In this document: positions 47,831 through 57,617 of the stretch, one piece after another | How the letters are laid out: every line of letters starts with the position of its first letter | How positions within the stretch are numbered: position 1 is the first letter of the stretch | Assembly: GCA_016212475.1 (NCBI GenBank) | Contig: JACRGC010000016.1 | Span: 9,824 to 73,823 of the forward strand | Direction of reading: 5' to 3' | DNA length: 64,000 bases | Source: Candidatus Micrarchaeota archaeon | GTDB taxonomy: Archaea > Micrarchaeota > Micrarchaeia > Norongarragalinales > SBBD01 | The notes under the pieces: generated by a model | Told to the model about the DNA's origin: nothing | The model's input: only the letters and a program-made list of their open reading frames with translations | Databases searched by the model: none | Translations under genes and position numbers: made by a program

Positions 47831-49111
47831 GTCGAATTAGATGGGATTTGGGAATTGTATGGTTTTAAGACCGATCCGTTTTCAACATCGCCGCTTTTGT
47901 TGTATGGTGGGCAATTGCCAATAACTAGCTTCTATGGAAGAAGGAAGGAAATTGAAACTCTGCTTAAAAACTTCTCTTCTAGCGGCGGAAGTCGCCAATT
48001 AGTTTGTGGTGATGTTGGAGTCGGAAAAACTACTTTGGTAAATTATGCTAGGTACAAGGCGATCCAAAAAGGTCATTTTACAACTTTTAAAGAAATTGCA
48101 GTTCAAAGTAATTGGTCCGCAGATACCTTTATTTTAAATACGCTTTATGCCTTTTATTCAACTATCAAATTACAGAAAGGCGACTTTGTAAAGAAGGAAA
48201 CGTATGAAAAATTACAAGCCCTAGTTGATTTGAAGGTTGATTCGAAAGCCTTCGGAGTGACCGTTGGACCGATTGGTTTCAACTACGAAAATCAAACCAA
48301 AATACAAACTACCTCAATTATGGCGCTAATGGAATTTGTTCAGGAAATCGTTACCGAAATTCGCCAAAAGACCGGGAAGGATGTTATTATCCATTATAAT
48401 AATCTTGAAAGATTGCCGGAAAAAGTTCTTAGAGTTCTATTTGAAGACTTACGTGATTTTTTCCAGACAGAACATATTCATTTTGTTTTTGTCGGTAACT
48501 TAACCGTTTATGCGACAATCCAAAGTATCCCGCGAGTATCATCTATTACTTCATCTGGCTCTGCAATTATTCTAAGTGAATTGTCATTTGATGAAATTGA
48601 CCATATTTTAAGTATCCGAATGAAGGAATTGCGGATAAAGGCATTTGAATATACAATACCATATACAAATGACGCATTAAAAACTATTTTTGATCTCTAT
48701 GGGGGGAATATTCGAAATATCTTAAACAGCCTTTCAACAGCAGTAAAAGCAATAACCAATGAAAAACCCGTTGTTTTGGACAAACAATTATTATCCGATA
48801 CACTTAGGAATGTAATTGATTCGAGATATGACGGGCAAATAGCTCCTAGGGCGAAAGATGTATTGATAGCTGCCGTAAAAAACGATGAAGTAACAAATCG
48901 CCAAATTGCAAAAAATACGGGAATTGCTCGTTCTAACGTATCTACTTATCTTAAAGATTTAGAAAAATGCGGCTGTATTTATCTAAGGCGGAAAGATGGT
49001 AAAGATAAGTTTTGGAGTGTGGAGCCTGCACTTAAATGGTTGCTCCTAAAAACAACCCAGGACATACGGTCGAGGGATCCGAATCAACGTGGTTTAGAAA
49101 ACTATCAATGA
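47828..49111 (+). CDS. P-loop AAA-type ATPase with a C-terminal winged HTH
   Basis: DPF...FYGRRKE, GDVGVGKTT, atypical Walker B IIHYNNLE, GGNIR, TNRQIAKNTGIARSNVSTYLKDL; AT-richer codon usage than neighbours. Confidence 0.82.
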   Translation: MVELDGIWELYGFKTDPFSTSPLLLYGGQLPITSFYGRRKEIETLLKNFSSSGGSRQLVCGDVGVGKTTLVNYARYKAIQKGHFTTFKEIAVQSNWSADTFILNTLYAFYSTIKLQKGDFVKKETYEKLQALVDLKVDSKAFGVTVGPIGFNYENQTKIQTTSIMALMEFVQEIVTEIRQKTGKDVIIHYNNLERLPEKVLRVLFEDLRDFFQTEHIHFVFVGNLTVYATIQSIPRVSSITSSGSAIILSELSFDEIDHILSIRMKELRIKAFEYTIPYTNDALKTIFDLYGGNIRNILNSLSTAVKAITNEKPVVLDKQLLSDTLRNVIDSRYDGQIAPRAKDVLIAAVKNDEVTNRQIAKNTGIARSNVSTYLKDLEKCGCIYLRRKDGKDKFWSVEPALKWLLLKTTQDIRSRDPNQRGLENYQ

Positions 49112-49214
49112 CTTTAGAAACAATTTTCAGAAATAGTGGGCAAGGTTTACTTTAGCAAGAAATCAAATGTAATGCGAACAAATAAAAACCTGCAAAAGCT
49201 AATGGGTGAAATAG

Positions 49215-49544
49215 ATGATAAATTTGATAAATTACGACGCTGAAGCGGACGCACTCTACGTGGGTCTTAGCTCAAAGAAGGCATATTTTTCGATCGAACT
49301 TAGCCCCCGCATAATAGTTGATTTAACACAATCCAATAAGGCAATTGGTGTTGAACTTTTGGATGCTAGCAAATTAATAAGCGAACTTTTTGGCTTCAAG
49401 GTCGGAAGGGAAGATTTAAACAATCTTGACTGCCAAGTAGACGATAAGGATGAATTGCTTTTAAGGTTCGAGCTGAACAAGAAGCATCAAAGCCTATTGA
49501 TACCAAAGGCATATGCCAGCCCGATTTTATCTGCAAAAGAATAA
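49215..49544 (+). CDS. DUF2283 family protein
   Basis: NYDAEADALYV, IIVD, IGVELLDAS. Confidence 0.85.
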   Translation: MINLINYDAEADALYVGLSSKKAYFSIELSPRIIVDLTQSNKAIGVELLDASKLISELFGFKVGREDLNNLDCQVDDKDELLLRFELNKKHQSLLIPKAYASPILSAKE

Positions 49545-49558
49545 TGTGGGGGATAATT

Positions 49559-50014
49559 ATGGAACAATTTGAAAAAAGGGAATCTTGGGACCATTATTTC
49601 ATGCGGCTTGTGGAAGCTGTTGCTTCAAGGGCGACTTGCACAAGGCGGAAATTCGGGGCGCTTCTAACAAGGGAAAACATGATCCTCTCAACCGGCTACA
49701 ACGGATCCGCAAGGGGGCTTGCCCACTGCACCGAAGTTGGATGCAAAATCATCAATAATCATTGTGTCAGGACAATCCATGCCGAGCAAAATGCCATAAT
49801 TTCGGCTGCAAGGAATGGAATAAACGTGAATGGCGCAACAATTTACACCCTTGGTTTTCCGTGCCTTATTTGCGCAAAACTCCTAATAAATTTGGGCATC
49901 AAGCGCGTTGTTTTTAGGGAGCTTTATTTCAAGCCCGAATACAAGGAAGAGTTGGAATTTACTCAAGAGCTGTTTAGGGATACGGGTGTTGAAACCGTTC
50001 ATTTGAAGGATTGA
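49559..50014 (+). CDS. dCMP deaminase (ComEB family)
   Basis: WDHYFM, RATC, TGYNG, HAEQNA, PCLICAK. Confidence 0.92.
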   Translation: MEQFEKRESWDHYFMRLVEAVASRATCTRRKFGALLTRENMILSTGYNGSARGLAHCTEVGCKIINNHCVRTIHAEQNAIISAARNGINVNGATIYTLGFPCLICAKLLINLGIKRVVFRELYFKPEYKEELEFTQELFRDTGVETVHLKD

Positions 50015-50124
50015 TTTGAATTGATGCGCAATAATCCTTCCTATTTTTCATATCCTGCTTGCCATGCATTTTTCAAATGGCTTTTTTCATTTACCCCTGC
50101 TTTTCTGTCATTCCCGGGATTTTT

Positions 50125-51357
50125 TCATTTCCCAAATAGCGCCTCAATTTTACCCCTGATTTTGCTTTTTTGGTAATTTTTAAAGTTCATCGCCAACTCA
50201 TTGCTATTTTCATCCAATTCAAATATCTTGAATGGAATCCCGCCATCAATTTCGCAAATCTCCAAAACCCCCCTCCTTTCGGCCATTTTGCCGTCCCGAA
50301 TTTCCGGCATCCTTTTGCAAACAATCAACAAATCTAGCGATTCGATATCCGTTTCCAGAATTCCCATGCTTAAAATCCGGTTGATTGCCTCCCTTGCGCT
50401 CTTTGCGTGGAATGTTGCGTAGCATCCCCGAGCCTGGCCAGCTTCCATTGATAAAAACAATGCCTTAAGCTCGTTATCCGTCCTGACCTCCCCAATTATC
50501 AGCCTATCGGGCCGCATGCGGAGCGTATTTTCCGAAAGTTCCTTCATGCCAAGGCCGCCGCTGCCTGCAACAAGTCTTATTGCATGCGGGTGCGGTATTG
50601 CAATTTCTTGCGTTTCCTCAATTGCAATTACCCTATCCTCCAAAGGCACATGCGAAAAAAACGCATTCAATAAGGTTGTTTTTCCGGATCCCGTGTTGCC
50701 GCAAAACAGAATTGAAGCATCAGTTTTGGAGATTTTTTCAAGGAAATTTGCCGCATCATTTGAAATCATCCCGTTTTTTTCAAGATCAATCAGTCCAAGG
50801 GGTTTTTTTGGGAAATTCCTTATGGTAATTTCGACCTGCGCCTCATCCATAAGCGATATGCTAGCGTGCATCCTCGACCCGTTTTCGATTTGCGCATTGA
50901 TCATCGGATTTGCGTGGCTGATCCTTCTTCCGGAGGGCCTGGCCAGCTTGTTGATTAGTCCAATTGCAAAATCCCTAGAGGTTATGCATGCGTTCGTGTC
51001 CAGCCATCCGCATCCTCGCCTATATACCCTGATCCGCTCCCCGATCCTTGAATGCGCAATTTCCTCAAGGTTCTCATCCAAAAGCAAAAACCCAATTGCC
51101 CCAAACTCCAAGCTTGCAATTGCTGCCCTTTCAATTTGCTGCGCCCTATCCTTAAGCATTAAAATGCCCATATCAATGCAGATTTCCTTAAGGAGGCCGT
51201 GCAGCGTTGATTCCATTGGCCCATCCGCTCCTGCAAATTTGGAATACTTCTCAAGCAATAGGCTGCAAATGCCTCTATCCTCCAAAGTCAGGCTGAAATT
51301 TTGCGGCAAATAATAATCAGATCCGATTTCCCTATCAATTTTCCATCCAAAATCCAT
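50125..51357 (-). CDS. Second CpaF/TadA/VirB11-family secretion ATPase
   Basis: LEEI, ITIRNF, GNTGSGKTT, IEETQEI, LRMRPDRLIIGEVR, TFHA. Confidence 0.9.
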   Translation of the reverse strand: MDFGWKIDREIGSDYYLPQNFSLTLEDRGICSLLLEKYSKFAGADGPMESTLHGLLKEICIDMGILMLKDRAQQIERAAIASLEFGAIGFLLLDENLEEIAHSRIGERIRVYRRGCGWLDTNACITSRDFAIGLINKLARPSGRRISHANPMINAQIENGSRMHASISLMDEAQVEITIRNFPKKPLGLIDLEKNGMISNDAANFLEKISKTDASILFCGNTGSGKTTLLNAFFSHVPLEDRVIAIEETQEIAIPHPHAIRLVAGSGGLGMKELSENTLRMRPDRLIIGEVRTDNELKALFLSMEAGQARGCYATFHAKSAREAINRILSMGILETDIESLDLLIVCKRMPEIRDGKMAERRGVLEICEIDGGIPFKIFELDENSNELAMNFKNYQKSKIRGKIEALFGK

Positions 51358-51452
51358 GCGGCAAGCACCCCTTATTGTTTAGTGCCTCCACATTCTTTGA
51401 AAATTGGGGAAAAAATCCCCCAAATTCCCAATCAACAAAAAAAATAAAAAAA

Positions 51453-53858
51453 TTATTTCCTCTTCTTCCTTCCCCGTTTTGGTTTTTCATCCTCCTCTTC
51501 AGAGTCATCTCCATCGAATTCTTCGGATTCATCTTCTTGGCTATTCTCTTCATCGGAGCCATCGCGCTTGAGGACAAAATAAAGCGCCGCAACAATGATT
51601 AGGAATGCAATCAAGAGCATCGGGAGCGAATCCATGCTGCCTTGTGCTCCAAAGCCCCCAATTCCGGTTTGGTTCCCCGTGACGTTTACCTGCATTGTAA
51701 GGGGTTTGTATCCGGATTTTGACAGTGTAACCAGGAAAGTTCCAGAGCTTAGGGGCGCATCAAGTTTTCCCTCCTCGTTTGATTTTGCCTCAATGGTTTT
51801 TTCGCCAACAATTAGCACATCCGTTCCCGGCAATGTCTTGATCATGAGGGTATCATTTGTGTAATTAATTTGTGCAACAATAGTATCCCCGATCCGGGCG
51901 GATGGCAAAGCAGTTGCCTTGGCAGTCGCTGACGGAACCGGTGTTATTTCCTCGGGATCCATATCAATTGCAAATCCCTTGGTTGCCGTGGTTCCCCTTC
52001 CTTCCGCTTTCATTTCAACATTGAATTTGGTCCCGCACCTTGAGGGCGATGGGAATATCACAAGGAAGACTTCCTTGCTCTCCCCCGGCTGCAAAAGCAG
52101 ATTATCCGGGGTAACTTTCGAACCAAGGTTGGCAGAAAGCGAAACAGCCGTTTCCCTGCTCCCCCTATTTATCACGTTTACGGACTGGCTCTTTATTTCG
52201 CAGGCCGAATGGATGTCGGTTGATTTTGGCTTAAGCTCGATCCCATAGCACTGGTTTACGCTCTTAACCTTCACATCCAATTTGAGCGAATCGCTTTTTC
52301 CCGATTGGGATTTTGCGGTTATCACGCCGTTTATTTTTTCCTCGGCAGTCCCAAGGGTCTTCAATCCGCAAGTGTCGATTTTTGCCGTCAGGGATATTTT
52401 TTCCTTGCTCTTGACAAACGCGGTTGTTTCCTTAAGGCTGACAAATCCGCTTTCGCTTTTAAGGCTGAACATATCGTCCTTAAGGCCGAAGTTTATCAGC
52501 TCGTATTGGACCTGCTTTTCCTCGCATGAGCACATTTCAACGGATGGGCCGGTCAAACGAAAATCAAAGCACTTATCTATTGCAAAGTTCCTAGCAATCG
52601 CGTCCGTGCCTGTTTTTGAGGCAGCTGAAATTTTTGCATTGTAATTGCCGGTTTCAAAATCCTTTGGAATTATCACTTTTACGGTCTTTGTTTCGCCCTT
52701 TCCAAGGCTCAAGGTGTTTTGCGATAATGACGCATCGATCCCCGAAATCGAAAGCTTGTAATCATTTGGAGTTTCCCTATTATTCAAAACCAAATCGAAT
52801 GATGCCCCATCCTCCGAGCAAATTGTCTTGTCGGATTCAAGATCCATCCTAACCCCCTGGCATTCCCTTGCATTGATTTCAATTTCCTTTTCAACGCTCT
52901 TCAAATCCGATTTTGCAAAAAGCTTTGCGGTTTGCGATCCGGCCTGCGCATTTATTGCAATTTCCAGCGGAGCAGTTTCGGCCTCATGCAAAAGCCCAGC
53001 ATCCGGGGTGATTTTGACGTTTTGCGAATTTGTTGTCAACCTGACATTGGCCGGAGTTCCTGAATTCACAAGGCTTGCCTTGATGATTGTTGGCGTGCCT
53101 GCGCACACATCCGCTTTTGCAGGCGCAATCAAATCGAATGCCTCGCAATTCTTAACCTCTATTTTAAGATTTGTCGTATCCACATCCGTTGTTGGTATGC
53201 TTGTTGCCTCATATAGCGCCTGCGCCTTTATTTGCGCAACATAATTTCCTACATTCAAAAGTTTGCCATCCACGGCCAATTCCAAATCCTTTTGCGTGTT
53301 TATTCCAACAGTCATCTTTGTAGGGGCGGTTATTGCCTTCGAGCTCCCATCCTTTGAAGATAGGCTTATTGCATAGATTCTTTCCTCATCCCGTGCAATG
53401 TTTTTTATTGGGATTTTTGCCTTGAATGCCTCTCCCTTGCAAATTGAAATTTCCGCTATATCCTCCATCACAACGCAAGTCGAAACCTCAACCCCGATTT
53501 TTGATGTGGCTGAACTTGTTGCGGTTTTTGCAGTCACTGCAACGCTGTATTTGCCTGGCAGTGCAAAGCAATCCGGGGTCACAAATGCGGTAATTTCCTT
53601 GGACCCGCCGCTTCCAATGTTGAATTCCTTAGGCCCGGGGATTACCCATGGCTTATCCCCGCTAGAGCTCATTATTACGGATTCCAAATTATTAGTTGGG
53701 TTCCTAGCAATTATTTTTACAAGATTAGTTTCGCAAATGCATGAATTGATTGATGTGCTTTGGGGCTCAAGGGTTATGCCGGAGCTTAATTGTATCAAAA
53801 AAACCATCATCAAAATAGCAGAAAAAAGCTTGCCATTTGCCACTTGATCAAACCGCAT
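51453..53858 (-). CDS. Surface protein with tandem Cys-linked Ig-like domains and a C-terminal membrane anchor
   Basis: Signal peptide; ~95-aa modules bounded by C...C pairs; TM followed by an acidic then basic tail. Confidence 0.82.
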   Translation of the reverse strand: MRFDQVANGKLFSAILMMVFLIQLSSGITLEPQSTSINSCICETNLVKIIARNPTNNLESVIMSSSGDKPWVIPGPKEFNIGSGGSKEITAFVTPDCFALPGKYSVAVTAKTATSSATSKIGVEVSTCVVMEDIAEISICKGEAFKAKIPIKNIARDEERIYAISLSSKDGSSKAITAPTKMTVGINTQKDLELAVDGKLLNVGNYVAQIKAQALYEATSIPTTDVDTTNLKIEVKNCEAFDLIAPAKADVCAGTPTIIKASLVNSGTPANVRLTTNSQNVKITPDAGLLHEAETAPLEIAINAQAGSQTAKLFAKSDLKSVEKEIEINARECQGVRMDLESDKTICSEDGASFDLVLNNRETPNDYKLSISGIDASLSQNTLSLGKGETKTVKVIIPKDFETGNYNAKISAASKTGTDAIARNFAIDKCFDFRLTGPSVEMCSCEEKQVQYELINFGLKDDMFSLKSESGFVSLKETTAFVKSKEKISLTAKIDTCGLKTLGTAEEKINGVITAKSQSGKSDSLKLDVKVKSVNQCYGIELKPKSTDIHSACEIKSQSVNVINRGSRETAVSLSANLGSKVTPDNLLLQPGESKEVFLVIFPSPSRCGTKFNVEMKAEGRGTTATKGFAIDMDPEEITPVPSATAKATALPSARIGDTIVAQINYTNDTLMIKTLPGTDVLIVGEKTIEAKSNEEGKLDAPLSSGTFLVTLSKSGYKPLTMQVNVTGNQTGIGGFGAQGSMDSLPMLLIAFLIIVAALYFVLKRDGSDEENSQEDESEEFDGDDSEEEDEKPKRGRKKRK

Positions 53859-53979
53859 ACAAAATCCCCTCTTAAAATTTGATAATACTTGATGGTGGTA
53901 ATTAATGGGTGAATATTAAAAAACCTTTTTGCTACTCTGGGTTGGCAAAAATCCGCAAAATTACCGAAAAAAGCCGTTG

Positions 53980-54744
53980 TCATTTCTTCTTTTTCCGGAA
54001 TTTAAGCTTGTCAATCAGGGATCCGGAGCTTTTCTTTTCCTCAAGTTTTTTTGGAATTTCCAAAATAACCGCAGAATTGGTTTCTTCCTTTGGCGCTTCA
54101 ACTGGCTTGATTGAGCCTGCAATAAACATTGATTGCATTTTGGGCGACTTGTCCGATTCTTCCTTTTCCAGCGCTTGGAGCGTTGCAATAACCAGCCTTC
54201 CATTGACCTCGGCATCGTGCTCTTCTTCGAATATCACCTTGACTTGCGTGGACCCATTCTTCAAATCATAAATCCTAATGACGATGAAGGGGCTTTTGCT
54301 TATGAAATTAGTCGGGTAATTGAATTTTGTGCCTGTAAGATACCTTTGCATGACGGATACCAAATACCTCTCAACACCAAGCTCAAAATTGTCAAGCTTT
54401 GTGAAGTTCACGTTCCTATCGAGCAAAAGCTTTGCGACCCGCGCCTTGGCCTTTTCATAGTTGACCTTATACGTATAAGTGGTGTTGGCGGAAAAGTTGA
54501 TTGAAATATCCAATGCCAAAAGCAGCAAAAGCACAATTGCCTTCAATATCAAATACGGCAAAAATACCAATAGTATGATCCCCGCAGCCTCCCTTTTCGT
54601 TACCCCATCAAAAATCGCCTGAGGAGCAAATAATGCAACGCCCCCAATTCCAACCAAAAAAAGCAAAATAGTGAATGCCCGCTGGTTCAATAGCCCAAGC
54701 GCTGCGGTCGATCCCTTGACGAATTTTCCAATCATGATTCTCAC
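53980..54744 (-). CDS. Two-TM membrane protein, paralog A
   Basis: LPYLILK...YKVNYEKAKARV...LGVE...PFIVIRIY. Confidence 0.72.
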   Translation of the reverse strand: MRIMIGKFVKGSTAALGLLNQRAFTILLFLVGIGGVALFAPQAIFDGVTKREAAGIILLVFLPYLILKAIVLLLLLALDISINFSANTTYTYKVNYEKAKARVAKLLLDRNVNFTKLDNFELGVERYLVSVMQRYLTGTKFNYPTNFISKSPFIVIRIYDLKNGSTQVKVIFEEEHDAEVNGRLVIATLQALEKEESDKSPKMQSMFIAGSIKPVEAPKEETNSAVILEIPKKLEEKKSSGSLIDKLKFRKKKK

Positions 54745-55391
54745 TTTGATTCCATTCCCTCCTCTGCGCCTTCTTCCTTGTTTAGGAATTCGAGGGAATT
54801 TATTATTACTTTGGCAAGCACTTTTGCCTCCGCGTTTTCCTCTGTGAAGATCCTAATCCCAACCCGGTCCTTGTTTTCCACTTGCCTAACAATGCTTGCT
54901 ACTTTTGCGGAATCAATTGTCCGAAATATCTTGATCACAACAAAGGGCCTATCTGTTGCAACATAAATCAGGGGGAATTTCAAATGCAGGAAGCTGCGCA
55001 TTTTTTTTAGGAACTCTTTTTCAAATCCAAGCGCAATTGCCTCAAGAGACTGGTACCTGACCTTGCGCTCTTCCATTACCTTTAGCACCCGCGCCCTCAC
55101 TTTTTCCATGTCTACTTCGTAAACCTTGTCATAATCCGTGTTTGCAATCAAAATGAAGTCAAATAGCGTCAAGAGGAAATACAGGAACATCTTATACATG
55201 AGGAACGGCAGCAATACGACTATGCTGACAAGCGTTATGCGGTGCGCAACATCTGGCCTATTTATCAGGTCCCAAAAAATCGCAAGTGAAATGACAGACC
55301 CAATTAGAATTACCAAAAAAAGCGAACTGCTCTTGTTTACCACTTTGAAAATTCTTGCCAGTAACTTTAGAACCTTGTCCCAAAATTGCAT
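54741..55391 (-). CDS. Two-TM membrane protein, paralog B
   Basis: LPFLMYK...YEVDMEKVRARV...LGFE...PFVVIKIF; start set at MQFWDK. Confidence 0.72.
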   Translation of the reverse strand: MQFWDKVLKLLARIFKVVNKSSSLFLVILIGSVISLAIFWDLINRPDVAHRITLVSIVVLLPFLMYKMFLYFLLTLFDFILIANTDYDKVYEVDMEKVRARVLKVMEERKVRYQSLEAIALGFEKEFLKKMRSFLHLKFPLIYVATDRPFVVIKIFRTIDSAKVASIVRQVENKDRVGIRIFTEENAEAKVLAKVIINSLEFLNKEEGAEEGMESK

Positions 55392-55544
55392 ATGTCCATC
55401 ATAACGGTCAGACACTATAAAAACATATTTCCCAAACCCGCAAATGGTTTTGAGGGAAAAATCAGGCAATTTGGGGCGGTTAAAGCCCCTGAGCCGCGCC
55501 GCCATTGCTCCTGTTTTAAAAACCAAAATCCCAATAATGTTAAT

Positions 55545-56330
55545 ATGGCAACTTTTCTTGAGCGCAGGCGCAGGGAGCCTGGATGGGAAGTGAAGGAGAA
55601 AATACTTGGCCAAACCGGCAAATCCGCAGATAAATTGCTCGTTGAACTTAAGCAGGCGGGTTATTTGCACAATAAACGGTTCGTCCAACTATACCGCTCA
55701 GCGCTAAAAAAACAAGGAAAGCCGATTTTTACCGGCGGATTGCCAGTTGAGGAAATCGCAGGTAGAATCGAGGCAAAATTCGGAAGGCCAAGGGCGGAAA
55801 AATTTTTGGAGCTTGGAAATTTCCATCCTCTAGCCCGGCTTTACGTGCTTTTCCCAAACCTAAATGCCACAAAAATTTCCAAAATTGCCGGCCAGCATCC
55901 TGCAACAGTTATCCGGCAATTATCAAAATTCAAGAAAATATACCCGACGCAAATGGACTTGTTTGGGAGGGAAACTTTTGATCGGGTAATTAGCCAGAGC
56001 GGAAAAACCTCAAAGCAAATTCAAACAGAGCTAAACTCCCTTGGGTTCAAGAAATCAATCAGTTCGATTGAAAGCACGCGGTTTGCACTGAAAGGAAAGG
56101 GAGTTCCAATTTTTGCAGGAGGCGACCCAATTCAAGCCATTGCCAAAAGAATCGAAAAACAATTCGGAAAAAAGCTTGCGGTCAAATTCATGGCCAACGG
56201 GGCGGACCATCCGATCCTTCGTGCATTTTCAATACTTCCAAGGCAAAGCCTAGCTTCCCTATCAAGAATTACTGGCTTTTCAGAAAATACAATTTCAAAA
56301 TACAAATCAAAGTTCCTTTCTTCCAAATAG
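55545..56330 (+). CDS. Basic protein made of two ~120-aa repeats, each ending in an HTH-like motif
   Basis: Q.GK...EL..G...R.ALK..G.PIF.GG.P...IA.RIE..FG...A.KF...HP occurs twice. Confidence 0.72.
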   Translation: MATFLERRRREPGWEVKEKILGQTGKSADKLLVELKQAGYLHNKRFVQLYRSALKKQGKPIFTGGLPVEEIAGRIEAKFGRPRAEKFLELGNFHPLARLYVLFPNLNATKISKIAGQHPATVIRQLSKFKKIYPTQMDLFGRETFDRVISQSGKTSKQIQTELNSLGFKKSISSIESTRFALKGKGVPIFAGGDPIQAIAKRIEKQFGKKLAVKFMANGADHPILRAFSILPRQSLASLSRITGFSENTISKYKSKFLSSK

Positions 56331-56419
56331 CCAATCATACTGCGCGCAAATTCGAATTCTTGGAATTTCATCACAACCTATTTAAACAGGAATCCGCATT
56401 AACTACTTCCGAATGCTTT

Positions 56420-57604
56420 ATGCAAACTAATCCTTTAGCGGATGGCACGAATCAAACGGGCTCTTATTCTAAAATTTTCCAGTCGGATTTCAAAAATCCA
56501 AAAACCCCGAATGCAATCCTTGTGCTAAAGGATGGATCCCATTTCCTTGGCGGGCAAATTGGGGCTGTTAAGGAAATCCTTGGCGAGCTCGTATTCAACA
56601 CCTCTATGGTCGGATACCAAGAAGCCCTAACGGATCCTTCCTATGCCGGGCAGATTTTGACCTTTTGCTATCCATTGATTGGCAATTATGCAACAAATCT
56701 TGATGACGCCGAATCCGAAAAAGTGCATGTTAGGGCGGCGGTAGTCCGAGAAAACTGTGAATCAGGAAAATTCTACCACTTCAAAGCAAAGCTTGGGCTA
56801 AGCGAATACCTAAAGGAAAACGATGTTCCGGGGATTTCAGGAGTCGATACCCGCTCAATTGTCAGGAAGGTGCGCGAATCGGGGGTCATGCCATCGATCC
56901 TTTCCCCGCTCGAACCCAATTTGTCCGAAAAGCAATTGCAGGAAAAAATCTCCGAGCTAAAAAGCAAAATATCCGGGTTCGATTACGGCTCCGTAAATTT
57001 TGTTTCGGAAGTCAGCATCAAGCAAAAGAAAATCTTCTCCCCAAAAAAAATCGACAAAAAAGTCGCGCTGATCGATTGCGGAGTAAAGCTAAATATAATC
57101 CGTGAACTAAATCTTAGGAACATCGAAGCAACTGCTTTTCCCTATGACATATCCGCCAACACAATCCTTAAGGGGGATTTTGACGGCGTTTTGATTTCAA
57201 ACGGGCCGGGGGATCCGGCGCTTATGAAGGAAACCATATCGACAACAAAAAAACTGATCCAAAGCCTTCCAACCCTTGGTATTTGCCTTGGCCATCAATT
57301 GATTGCACACGCACTTGGCGGAACAACCTACAAATTGAAATTCGGCCATCGTGGAAGCAACCATGCAGTTCTCAACCCGGAAACTGGGAAAATCTACATT
57401 ACAACACAAAACCATGGATACGCTGCAAAGGACATTCCGCAAAATTTGGCGCAAACCCTCTTCATCAACTGCAACGACAAGACAAACGAGGGCATACGCC
57501 ACAAAACATTGCCGGTGATTTCAGCCCAATTCCATCCCGAAGGGTCAAATGGGCCAAAGGATGCGAATTTCCTATTCGATGAGTTTTTGAAAATGATGAA
57601 ATAA
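56420..57604 (+). CDS. carA: Carbamoyl-phosphate synthase small subunit
   Basis: GELVFNTSMVGYQE, SNGPGDP, GICLGHQ, QNHGY, QFHPE. Confidence 0.96.
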   Translation: MQTNPLADGTNQTGSYSKIFQSDFKNPKTPNAILVLKDGSHFLGGQIGAVKEILGELVFNTSMVGYQEALTDPSYAGQILTFCYPLIGNYATNLDDAESEKVHVRAAVVRENCESGKFYHFKAKLGLSEYLKENDVPGISGVDTRSIVRKVRESGVMPSILSPLEPNLSEKQLQEKISELKSKISGFDYGSVNFVSEVSIKQKKIFSPKKIDKKVALIDCGVKLNIIRELNLRNIEATAFPYDISANTILKGDFDGVLISNGPGDPALMKETISTTKKLIQSLPTLGICLGHQLIAHALGGTTYKLKFGHRGSNHAVLNPETGKIYITTQNHGYAAKDIPQNLAQTLFINCNDKTNEGIRHKTLPVISAQFHPEGSNGPKDANFLFDEFLKMMK

Positions 57605-57617
57605 GACTAGTGATTTT

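Noticed and set aside
47828..49111. Orc1/Cdc6 with a chromosomal origin
   Set aside because: Lacks typical Cdc6 motifs (acidic Walker B), and the upstream repeats lack the G-string of ORB elements.
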